Shown piece after piece: positions 12,601 to 23,940 of a DNA stretch of 64,000 bases. A model generated the notes under the pieces. It did not search any database, was not told the DNA's origin, and worked only from the letters and a program-made list of their open reading frames with translations. This stretch comes from Lingula anatina. Lineage: Eukaryota > Animalia > Brachiopoda. The stretch lies in assembly GCA_051362555.1 (NCBI GenBank), contig CM120640.1, positions 14,570,001-14,634,000 of the forward strand, in the 5' to 3' direction. Positions within the stretch are counted from its first letter, which is position 1. The number at the start of each line of letters is the position of its first letter. The position numbers and the translations under genes were made by a program.

Positions 12601-13720
12601 GCGGTAGTTGAGATAGCTTCGCATTTTTATTCAAGTTGAACCGCCGTCGCAATAACATATATTTGTGTATTCTTCTGAAATGTCCAGCCAATCAAACTTT
12701 CCTTATGACCGTTACTTTCACGATTTGCTAGCAAAATATTCACATTAAAACGCGTAAAAAATTTAAAGGCATATCTTATATAAGATCTGAAGCTATGGAA
12801 ATTGTAAAGGTACTTTCTTTTTTCTTACATCTGTTAGAATCCTCTTTTTTTTACGCGGGAGTACACGCTCACGGTACACTTGTCTATATATCTTTTGTCA
12901 AAGGTTGAAAATTAAGTGTAAACTCCTACAGTGTACTTTAAGAAACATAATCCTCAAACCAAAATCGGAATTAACGCCCTAGATGATAAAAGAAGCAACT
13001 TGAGCGTTTCTGTCTGATTGATAATGTTTGTTCTTTCACTTACGTTTACATGAGGGATAAGTGTGATCCAGTATTAGCTGGCAGTGGTCTGTGAAAGGCG
13101 ACATGTATTCTGTCATTTTAGGTGGGGTTGAGGTTAAGGCAGCAAGCCATCCGGAGTCTTCTCAGTTTCCTCTCTCTGTAGTTTGAGTAAATTTTATAAT
13201 TACCCACGAAAAAAAGGAACACGATATATTTAAAAAATCCTGCGCGTCATACCCGTATTTAATTTCATAACCCTTGATATTTATGTGACAACAAAAAAAA
13301 TATAAATAATTATTAGATGGCACTGTACTATACGCAATTTTCCGGTAATTTATGTCGCAGTTCATGTAATTCACCAACACCACAGAAAGAAAAACAAATA
13401 GGAATGAAAGCAAAATAACCCATTCAGCCATGAATAACAACGAGTATTACCATACGCTTTTGAATCCTACTGCGATTTGTGCTCATATTGAGCCTATGTA
13501 CACTCTTAATTTGTGAGGCTTTTAATGGATGGGCAAACAAGGGTGCTTGATGAACAAATATGAGTGAGGGATCGGGCTAGTTCGAGGTAGCACAACCACT
13601 GAAGTGATTATTAAGCGACGTTGGTCCCCTTAGCGACAGTCCACCAAATTGATAACTGACCAGACATCAGTACCCACGGGGAAGAAGAGCCACTTACTGC
13701 AGGATCTTCTTGTTGTCACC

Positions 13721-13824
13721 ATGCCGCTTCCCCAGATAGACATCGGGGTGCGCAACACCACTTCACTGAGCGACCTGAAGAGGCTGCGTTCCTTTATGAA
13801 CGACTATATAGTTAAAGAACGCAG
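13721..13824 (+). CDS. Uncharacterised Lys/Arg-rich protein, exon 1 (MPLPQIDIGVRNTTSLSDLKRLRSFMNDYIVKER)
   Basis: Kozak-like GTCACC-ATG, open frame, donor CAG|GTAAGT, phase 2. Confidence 0.75.
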
Positions 13825-14450
13825 GTAAGTCGAGTTCAGGCTTTGTTATAGTGTTGGTTACCGCCAGGTGTCTGATTTATTTTGCCTTAGATCATTTTAA
13901 ATTACAAAATAACCAAAACTTTCGGATGATAGATTTACACTATCCATGTATATCTTGAATTGTTGAAGTATTGTTATACACTGTATGTGCCTTGACTTAT
14001 TTCATCACAATGGTAAACAGGAAAAAAACGGAAGTTTTGCTGAAAGATTCATGAATAAAAGCTTATTAGGAACTTATTTCTACAATTATGTTTTCTTCCC
14101 GACTGTAAAAATGGCAAGTCAACCAGATCGGCAAAATTATGGAAATAGATCTATCATATTCATTTCATTGTTGAAGGGAGATATTTTTTGTCTGTATTTT
14201 ATTTTTTTTCTAACCTAAGGTAACAAAAAATAAAAAAAATATTATAACAATATTAAGTAATGAATTGCACAAATAACGAAGAAGCAACTTAAGAACTTTT
14301 ATTCAGCAGTAGTAAGGAGTTACACAAAGGAAAGCGTGTTTGATTATCGAGTGGAGTAGGTTTATTGAGTTTTGCCACTCGTTCTCCCCAAAAACTCTCC
14401 TCTAAACATTTGCTTCTTTTCATTTTCCAATTACTCCATGTTGTTTACAG

Positions 14451-14569
14451 ACGGAAGCAAAAACTAAGTAAAAGCGATGAACACCTTCCAATATTAAGTT
14501 TTGATTCCACGTCCTCAGTGCGAGGGGATGGCATGGCAGTGAATCTGCAAGGAGAAGCAACAAAATCTG
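14451..14569 (+). CDS. Uncharacterised Lys/Arg-rich protein, exon 2
   Basis: Acceptor TTGTTTACAG|, donor CTG|GTAAGA. The 119 nt convert phase 2 to phase 1 with an open frame (RKQKLSKSDEHLPIL...EATKS). Confidence 0.75.
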
Positions 14570-14998
14570 GTAAGAGCCAAATGCAACCAGTATCAATAGT
14601 GATTTTTATTTGATAAACTTCTCACTGAAAGGCAAAGGTATCCAAAAAATCCTGTCCTTTCCTGGCACCCCAAATGGCCATCAAACACCAACCCCCATTC
14701 ATTATAAGACGATTTTAATTAAAATTCTTTTCGGTAGGTTTTGGAGCCATACCTATCTTTCACTAGATTCCTTCTTCCCACGATTTTGGACAGTAATCTC
14801 ATATAGGAGTTAAAGAATGAAGAATAGTATTCATATATTAAACTTCACTACATAAATTATATGAATACATGCTGAAAATTCATAATATGCGCTGAAAATC
14901 CATAACATGCGGATCCAGAATATATAAAGAATGATGGGATGGGTGACCCCCGTTCGAAGTACAATGGTTCGAGAAAAAAAAAACTTTCTTTTTTACAG

Positions 14999-15106
14999 TT
15001 TACCGATCCGAATTGAAGTTTGAGCCTATACTTACATCTGCTGGGCGTAAAGCAAAGTTCGGACCCGCACCGGGCAGACCAAACAACAAAAAACACGGCG
15101 AGTCCG
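14999..15106 (+). CDS. Uncharacterised Lys/Arg-rich protein, exon 3
   Basis: Acceptor CTTTCTTTTTTACAG|, donor CCG|GTAAGT. 108-nt symmetric phase 1-1 exon with an open frame (YRSELKFEPILTSAGRK...HGES). Confidence 0.75.
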
Positions 15107-16145
15107 GTAAGTTTACAGTCATCGCGTATGTAACGTTTATCTTTATGTGCGCCTCTCTTTCAATTGCATTAGAGAAGCTCAATGACAAGCTCTGATATTG
15201 TGCCTCTTTTGAAAAAAGTATATACCAGAAATATACTTCAACTTTTGTTTTTTTTTTTTCAATGAGATATATCACATAATCCCAGCATATTAATGTTGGA
15301 TCAACATGTATAAATCCAGAAAATTTTAATTATATGCTTGTTTATGGAGGCTTAAAATTAAGATCAGATGGTTATATGCCCATGTGAAGAACGTGTATTA
15401 TTTTTGTTACGTTTGTTATCGATTAGACTTCTTTGACTTATGACTTTGAAAACCTTTTAGATTAGTTGTAAGTGATATTCTGTTCTTCTCGTTAATTTAT
15501 AATGACACAAGTCAGTTGTTTATGGCAACTGAAGTAACGTTTCTATTATCCACAAACACGTTTGAGCGCAGCGCCTTTGCGTGTAGGAATTATCAATTTG
15601 GCAATGGTCAGTAAAAGTTAAGTTTAAAAAATTATTTTCTTTCACAAACAAGAAAAAAAAACTGTAGACATAACGCTTTATTTTTTAACCGAAAACTCCC
15701 CACAAGGTTGAATAGTCGACTGAGTATTAGCATTTAAATCCTTTGTTTCCTTGCGACTGTCACGGTCAGTGACCTTTCTCAGACTGACGTTTGAGATGAC
15801 CACTAAATACGACGTCAGGCATTAATAAACGCGCACACCACTCATCCGCAGGCGGAAAGAGTTTTCATCATAACTACAAACTGCGTGGGCAGAACAGGTT
15901 ATCTGCACCTTTATTGGGTGGATTGAAAGTAAAGTGATAAAAATGTTTCATAAAATATTTATTCTTTCACATTAAGCGCCATCATTTTCCAACAAATCTA
16001 TCATCTCTCTTCAAGAGTGTGGTGTTTTCTACATTAAAAAATTGACAGTAAGAGAGTGGAAGACCGAATGTAATTTTGATAACCGCATAATGCATTTTGT
16101 ACTTTATTTTTGAGTCAATCATGATTCTTTTTTTTTAATTTTCAG

Positions 16146-17140
16146 TGTCAAACGTTAATGCAGATACCAAAGGAAAGATGGCACCAAAAGACGAAAACTC
16201 CGCAAAATTAAATCAAAACATCACAGATAAAGACAAACCAAAGCCACCAAAAAAGAAAAAAGAGAAAGAACAGAATCTTCATAGTGAACAAGAAGGAAAA
16301 GAAAAACTTACACTAGGTAAAAGTGAACTCATTCCAGAGAAGAAGCTGTTAGAGAGGCGGTCTTCCTTCATTGAACTATTTAAACAAAAGCCAAAAAACC
16401 AACACCAAACCGCTAAACCTCCGGCGGACTATGAGCCCCCACAAGTTCATTCCAGTCTTGATTTCCCAAGTCCTTACGTGTCACAACTGGGACACCCGAT
16501 GCACAGACACTTACGATCACAAACTCAAATTGCTGTGCGACCCTCACCCGAGGAAGAGGAAAGGATGATCGATATCCAACGCCGAAAAATCGTCCGTTCT
16601 CGCTCTGTTCAAGCAAAAAGATCTGCAGCAAGCGCCTTGCTTGCTCGTGACAAAAAGACTTTGCAATTTAAGCGAGCCAAGGCCGTTTACAAAGTGAATG
16701 TCGAAGAGGAGCGTGCTTTGAGGCAAAAGACGTTTTATGATTCATTGGAAAAACTTCAGCTTCAACATGTAATGGATCATAATAAACGCATCAAAGACGA
16801 AAGCCGAAAAAGAGATGAGGCATTAAACAAAAGACACCGAGAACTTACAGAACTTCACGACAGATTTGAAAGAGAACGCACTCAACGGTGGAACTCTCAG
16901 TACGTTTCTTCAAAGAGGTTTAACACTGATATCAAAATTGTTGCAAAGAAAGAGAAAAGCGACCATGCAAAACCAAGAAAACAAAAGAAAAATTCATACT
17001 TGCACTTTAGCAAGTCTAAAGTCCATGCTCAGAACGTTGAGAGGTATTCATCCCTTTTCAGCAGTGGTACATCCGGGCACCCCCGATGGGGTCCCGTGGC
17101 GTCACCTGCTCTACAAGTTGCCCTGATGGGAATGACGTAA
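16146..17140 (+). CDS. Uncharacterised Lys/Arg-rich, probably coiled-coil protein, terminal exon 4 (whole protein 441 aa)
   Basis: Acceptor TTTTTTTAATTTTCAG| with phase 1 matching the upstream exons. 995-nt open frame with an E/K/R-rich helical stretch. AATAAA at 17996-18001. Confidence 0.85.
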
Positions 17141-17360
17141 TCTGGGACAATCCAATCTTCGGATGTGACATTTTTTATTTATTTATTTATTTATTTTTGC
17201 GTTTTATGAAAAAAAAGCAACAAACAACAACTTGGCACTTCGCGGCCACCATAATCACACCTGCCACATATGTTGAACCCTTCACTGTATTACAAGTAGT
17301 TAGGTTACCAAGCTGCACTAGGACCCATATATAGGGCCTACATTGATGATGGGTGTTGGA

Positions 17361-17539
17361 TACCCTCTACCAGGGCGAGTGATGGATTTTTTTACAGATA
17401 TTCACAGATATGTCTCTAGCTAGATAGATAGTCATTTACAGCTGAACTCATGGGTTTAGCTGAAAATGACCATCTATCTAGCTAGAGACATATCTGTGCA
17501 TATCTGTAAAAAATCTATCACTCACCCTGGTAGAGGGTA
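17361..17539. mobile_element. 179-bp fold-back MITE with 9-bp TSD (Mutator-like)
   Basis: Near-perfect palindrome TACCCTCTACCAGGG...CCCTGGTAGAGGGTA, flanked by GGTGTTGGA at 17352-17360 and 17540-17548. Confidence 0.85.
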
Positions 17540-18151
17540 GGTGTTGGATCTTACTCGTGATTGAAAGCACACATGATGTTAACGCGAACTCGAGATTGAC
17601 TAAGCCGCACATAGTACATGTAGCAACTCTCTCTTCTCGTAAGGTATAAGCTGTGAGTAGAAGGTTATTGCTAACGTCTGTACCAACTCCTATGAATATC
17701 ATTGTTATTTGCCTTCAACGTAAAGATGTAAGGACTTGGTAGTATACTTCGACATAGTGGAATTTATCTCTGTTTGTAGAAGAAATCAGATCACAGCAAA
17801 TATTCTTTAAAATAGCGCAGGTTACAAGCATCCGCACTGAATTTTTTAGGCCAGGTTTTACCAAAGAGTAAGAAAAAGAATAATCCACTAAAATTTATTG
17901 ACGAATCATAAATATGATAAAAAAACTACAACCCAAAGCTTCAATCGCTTTCATCATTTGTTTAACATAAGGTTGGTTTTTTATTTGGTCCGCTCAATAA
18001 AAATGAAATACAGCGTATAAGCTAAAGACTCCCTGTACTGAAAGATCATCCTTTTTTGAGATGTGTAATTTCATTATACGTCAGTTGTTGCTCAAATGAG
18101 AACATGGTGCCTACTGTGAAATAATCTCAGTTAAAGTAACTGTAGCGATAG

Positions 18152-18327
18152 ATTTCTATGTATGTTATGTAATAAGAATCGGAACTTCACATTGGTGAGA
18201 ATACTGATTTATTCTATTTATGTATATATAAAATACGTATAACTATACATTTCTATGTATGCTTTGTAATAAGAATCGGAGTGAAGACTTCACATCAGAA
18301 GTTCACATTGGCGAGAATACCGATTTG
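18152..18327. repeat. Local imperfect tandem duplication (about 97-bp period)
   Basis: ATTTCTATGTATG..TGTAATAAGAATCGGA..TTCACATTGG.GAGAATAC.GATTT occurs twice. Confidence 0.8.
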
Positions 18328-21025
18328 TTCTTTTTGCGTATAAATAAAATACACTTCAAATACAATCTTAGGGTCATTTTGTTGCCCCTCCCCCGCCCCC
18401 CATGATAGAGTTCTCTTCCCATTCATTTGTACAGGTAAGCCTCGCCCTAGATTTTGACACCGGCTTGCAATTGGAGAAGTCTGATTTGTCATCTCCAGAA
18501 TTCATCAGTGAAAGGGTTAACAGGTGAAGACGGCCATAATTGTCTGCTTCACAAGAAGATCTTTAACAACGCTTGCCGGTGCCTCAAGCTGATTTCCACG
18601 TATCTACACCACTAAAATAAAACAGTCAGTCACCCCTCTGTCGATGCGAAGTAATTTGCTGGGAACAAAAGAAAAAAAAGCACAATTATATGAGAGCTTG
18701 CTTGATCGAGGAGAAGGTGCCTCCCCAGGCTCCGATGAACACTCATTATCACTTATTGTAAATACAGATGTTGGTGTGAATAAATTTATTGCACCTGGAT
18801 GCTGGTAACAATTATTCATATCTTGCTACAATAAATGTTAAGTAATTTCTCCACGTACTTCATGTTTCTGATGCTTAAGGGCAGGAATGTGCTTAAAATA
18901 TACAGTTTTGACAATTTTTTTTATATCTTTGGCTGATAAAATGCTGTTACGATAACACTGTTGCTGTGGTCATTGGAAGCAATTAGTACTGGAATGTACT
19001 GTAGAATCATATCAGCCTTTTTTTTTTCATTTCTCAAGATTAATTGCATGGATATTTTTGTTTGTTTATTTGTTTGTTTGTTCGTTTGTTTGTTTGTTTT
19101 GGCTTGTGCATATTTGAACATTGGCCCCTATTCTGAAAACGCCATTCCTTCATTTGATTGCACAATCTACCAATGAGTTAGCACATTACATGCAAATTAG
19201 CACGCAGACAGCCCTGTGAATATGTGCGCCCCTGAATAACACATTTTCCGCAATATTCAATCCCAGTGAATGCAATATTCATCGCTTATGGTTTCAGGAG
19301 ACCAAGAAAACATTAGGATCATTTGGCAGCACTTCCACGGGACTGAGTTTTTTCTTTTAGTTTTTTCCTCCACAGAGGCTGAGTTAAAAGGGGCAATCGG
19401 TGCTTTTTCTAAACGATACTTCAAGAAGAAGCGCAGTGATCGAGTTAGTCATACGCTTTACAATAAATACATAATAAGATAATTGGTAATATAATAAATA
19501 ACTTCTGTTCACTTTCTACCCACGATTTGGTATTGATATTGGTTCAGTCGACGCGTAGATAGGCCTCACTGCAATATAGGATAGAGAATAATGATTGTTC
19601 TTGCGCTCAATCGTGCAGGCCTTTTTTTGCATAGAATGAAATGAAAATTTACACACATACTACAAACATGCACGCACACACACACACATACAACACAAAA
19701 CATAAAAAATTATCTATTAGGGTGCACCGCACCCTAATAGATAAATGCTTAATACCATTCTCGATATAAACTTTCAGCGACCTTGTATAAAAAGGCAAAA
19801 TTTTAACGAAGCATACCATGCTATAGAAAAGAAGTAGGAAATGCTTTATCCCAGATGGTAGTATGTATTCCACAGGTAAAAATATACACACCGCATGATA
19901 CAAGTAAACAGATAATCCGAACGGTGATATAATTATTACCTACATAATTACATATACTGTGGTTACATAATTGATATTTAGAAACATTGAAATAAATAGA
20001 GCGATTATTAGCAATATAGGCCATAAATGGAACATTGCCATAAATAGAGCGGTTATAGGCCTTACAGGCTATAGCTTAATATTTTCATTGTGCATGAAGA
20101 ATTGTAAGAAGGATGATACAATTTATTGGTTTGAGTCAAAGAGTTGGAATTTCAAAAACAACATCGCTTTATTAAAGCTGAAGCCATTTTTTGTTCTTGT
20201 AAAGCTGTCCAGATCTCCATATTAATGTTTGTGTAAAGGCCATGCCTTCCACCACACAGTGAACTACATGTATCATTGTTTCAAAATAATTCATTAATTC
20301 AGGCGCACTTCCATTCAATTCATTACAAAATTTAAATCTGATTTCAATTATTCCCCATGCGAAGTGTTTTAGTCTGGCTGCAGAGTTTTATTAAAATATT
20401 TATAGCCTTTACTATTTTTTACTGACAGAGGAAAGAAGGGGTGAGACATTATTTTCACGACTCAAATTAAATCTGCATGCAAAAAAGTCAGTCAGTAGAA
20501 AGGACTTTATAACTGCACCTTCTTCAAATTTCTGGTCGTTAATTTGACCTTCTTAATTTTCCAGGGGAGGTAAGCGGGTCCTACATGTGCAAATATAATT
20601 TTTTTATGGGGAAATAATGTAACGAAAGTCTGTGGTATTTCTTCAAGAAATCCTATTTGAAACTGTATGGTGGCATTTGATCAGACTTAGTGGCAAAAGT
20701 TTGACACAACTACTCGCTTAAAGAAATACGTGATTATCTTTCATTTCCTAGGATGGGCGTGTTTGCATAAAACATTTCTCAGTCAACAAACGATCCGAAT
20801 CGGCTGTGTGTCCGTGTCCCTTTTCCTTCGCCATATTGTTTTCTAACGGGGCGAGCCCCCTCTGCCGCATGGATTTGTATTTGATTTATACACATCAACT
20901 GTCCCAGTATGAATCACAACAATGATTCCACAACTTTCCAGGAATCAAATAATATGATAGAGATAAAGAGAGAGAAAATAAAACCATTGGGAGTGAGTCA
21001 CACAGAATACATCTTTACTAGCCGT

Positions 21026-21548
21026 CTCAGCCAGCACACACATCTAGGACCCAGATGGGTACAATGTAGGTGGTGGGATTGCTAGGCAGATGCTAAACTC
21101 CGTGGCCTTATCTGGGTCCCTGATGGGTCTTATATGGGCCTGCCTATTTCATGGGTCACTGCACTTTGTATACAATGTATGTAGAGATTCCTCATGTCTG
21201 TTGTTGAGACTGCATGTTTGAGACTATATATATATATATATGCAACATTTGAGCCTATTTTTGAGTAAATTGGAGCTTATGATTATACCTGTACTTTGTC
21301 CGAATTTTAATCTTTAAATATCTTAATCCCTAAAAAGGCTGCCCATTTTGTGGCCTTCTATCACCAAACCCCCTACATTAGCCCACGTCGGACCATATAC
21401 AGGTAAATCTTATACAGGACACTAATTTTAGTCTATCTGTGCTTGCCCACATGAGACCCACATAAAGCCCATTGACAAATCTATCTGGGACCCACATCAC
21501 AGCCCATGTAAGCCCTCATATGGGACCCATCATTGTGTGTAGACTGGG
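21026..21548. mobile_element. Degenerate non-autonomous DNA transposon (CCCAG-type termini, CMC/EnSpm-like)
   Basis: Imperfect termini CTCAGCCAGCACACA / TGTGTGTAGACTGGG, CGT on both flanks, and many subterminal GGGNCCCA(C/T)AT motifs in both orientations. Confidence 0.55.
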
Positions 21549-23540
21549 CGTACGGTATCTTTAGAGCCAGGGATTAGAAATTATTGTTAGGCATGTCGTT
21601 TTCTTCCTTTTCCTAACCTTAGCATTTCACATATATCTTTGACTTTCTCATCTTTCATCTTTCCTCTATACTTCGGTCGTGTGTTCTTTTCCACAATTTA
21701 CGGGGAATTTCTTCATTGGAGTCCTGTTCACACTGTATCAAGAAGTAAATTGAAGTAAATTGATCTCAGATCTCCCCACTATACAAACCATTTGATCATA
21801 AATCTTGGTAAGTCTTACACTTTGAAAATAAAACGTGGTTAACTGGGGCGTGCGCGAATAAAGCATACGCCCATTGCCCGTTACGTCTGAAGTTATCAGA
21901 AATCTGGTTGCGTGGATTTCTAACCCGCGACATGTCGTGAAACCAATTAATTTCAATCCTTGAACATTGGAGGGTAAGGATTTGCTCACCAGTAAAGATC
22001 GTCTCTCAATTATAAAGATAATAATCTTGTTCCTGGTAGAAGCACAGACACTGGTTATAGTTGAGGGTTAATAGTTCTCATTCCCTGAATGTAACGCTGA
22101 TGCTTACTTTTGCCGATTCTAAGTCTTTACAGTAGTCGTAATGAATATTCGCATTGTTTATGCCAGGCAGTGACAGTATGATCTCAGTAACATTGTATCA
22201 AATTTGCGTGATCCGTAATCGTCAAGATTAGTCAGTTACTAAATTTAGAAACCAATCACTACCCTTTAGCCTCTTAAATGTCAAATTACTGCTGAGAGAC
22301 TAATGAATTTTTCCTCTCCGCGTGGTTCTTGTTATTCACAACTCGCACTGTTGTTAATTAACACACGCCTAAATGCCACACGTGCAGGCGAACCAAAGAG
22401 ACTCACAACCCACGCTTTAACCGAGTTGTCAATTAAGCATCCTGTGAAACAGTGATATATGTGTTTATTCATATGTTTGTGTGTGTGCGTGTTTGTGTGA
22501 GGTTTATGGTTATTACCACCGGGCTCTCTTCTGCTAAGACATGTAGTTATTCAATTATGCATGATGCATTTGGTCGCTTGCTGTGCTGCTTACTGCGACT
22601 AGTGAAAATCTAGTACATATTTCACCAATAGCATTAGTCAACAGAACCTCATTAGTTAGGTACGTAGTGGACGAATTTTTGTTGGAACGGATTTTGATCA
22701 CGTGTTCGACACGTTTCCTTCGATTCTCAATCTCAAAGTTATTCATTGATCTATATCGCTGTATCCGAACATGTTTTTCAGATGATGCTTTGAAAGTTTC
22801 TGTGGACCTACTCTCCACCAGAGGTTCCTCTGTTCTTGATCATGTCAAATCCCACAGAGGTCCTTCGGCAAATTTTCTAACTGATTCAAACATTGGCCCT
22901 TCTGTCATTTGACAGTTTTAACAATGTCAGTTTTCTACTTTTGCTTGCTTTAGTGTATAGGGGCGAAATTCACTGAAATGCTTTTTTTTAGTTACTAACA
23001 TTGCGCAATTTCATTAAATCTCAAAACCAAATAATCTTAATATTTCTTTATTTTTGTCGTCCCATTAGAATTGTATTTGGCATAAATCATATCTATGTAA
23101 TTAGCTTTTATTCCATTTTCAAATGTAATTTGGTATATATCGGAAGTACATATACCGTATATTATTGGATTTCAGTGGGAAACTGAAACAATGCTCTAGC
23201 TCTCTCTCGCTGGCATGGTTATGAACTCTCTCAACATGACATAAACCCCAAACTACGATAGTAATTACACACAACAGCGATTTATTTGGTTTAAAGAGTT
23301 TCTTTATCGGGAAAACGTAATTTGTTTTACACTGCGGCACATTTTCAGTGGGCCAATGGAATTTCCACCTCAATAAATGATCTTTGGGTTAAAAACATCC
23401 TTCCGGTTTCAAAGTCTGAGCAGAAACCATAAGTAACAGTTTGAATAAAAGAAGTCACCGACAATTTAACTGTCATATGCTGAAGGCTGCGCCTGCCTGG
23501 TGCTGCCGACGCTGTATCACTCGAAACAGAGTTTGGTCCT

Positions 23541-23557
23541 TCAAACCCGTGGAGCAT
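23541..23557 (-). CDS. AKH/GnRH-type precursor, coding part of exon 3 (DAPRV*)
   Basis: Acceptor CTTTCCATTTCAG|. Phase 1 gives DAPRV-TGA. AATAAA at 23286-23281. Confidence 0.7.
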
Positions 23558-23731
23558 CTGAAATGGAAAGACGATAAAACCGACCGATTAGAAAATGATA
23601 AGAATTAACAGTTTATACTCTTAAGTTTAATTTCATACATGAGAGTTTCAAAAGTCGTCTCACACCCCAATATACAAAAAGGAGACTAGGTCTACTACAG
23701 TGCATGCCTTTGGTTAATTCAAACCACATAC

Positions 23732-23807
23732 CTTGTTTGGTGAATCCCCGGACTCTGTTTTCCTCGAATTTTCTATTATAACAATAGTCCGTCCTCATGA
23801 TCTCAGC
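23732..23807 (-). CDS. AKH/GnRH-type precursor, coding exon 2 (AEIMRTDYCYNRKFEENRVRGFTKQ)
   Basis: Acceptor TTTTTTCAATCATTCAG|GCT. It yields LLQ|AEIMRTDYC, the helix-E-x-C pattern typical of AKH/RPCH precursor-related peptides. Donor AAG|GTATGT, phase 1. Confidence 0.8.
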
Positions 23808-23885
23808 CTGAATGATTGAAAAAAGCCAATGGACTTAACACTTTTGTAAAGACAAACATTAAAATAAGCAAGAAAGGTATTTTTC

Positions 23886-23888
23886 GTG

Positions 23889-23937
<49 letters not shown>
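23886..23937. repeat. (GT)n microsatellite in intron 1 of the AKH/GnRH-type gene
   Basis: Direct reading. Confidence 0.95.

Positions 23938-23940
<3 letters not shown>

Noticed and set aside
18295-18492. ORF containing GKRTLSWGAG, superficially like TLGWGAAG (a possible third neuropeptide paralogue)
   Set aside because: No signal peptide and no downstream amidation site. The motif arises from a G-run next to a repeat-like segment ending AAAGGGTTAA (piggyBac-like terminus).
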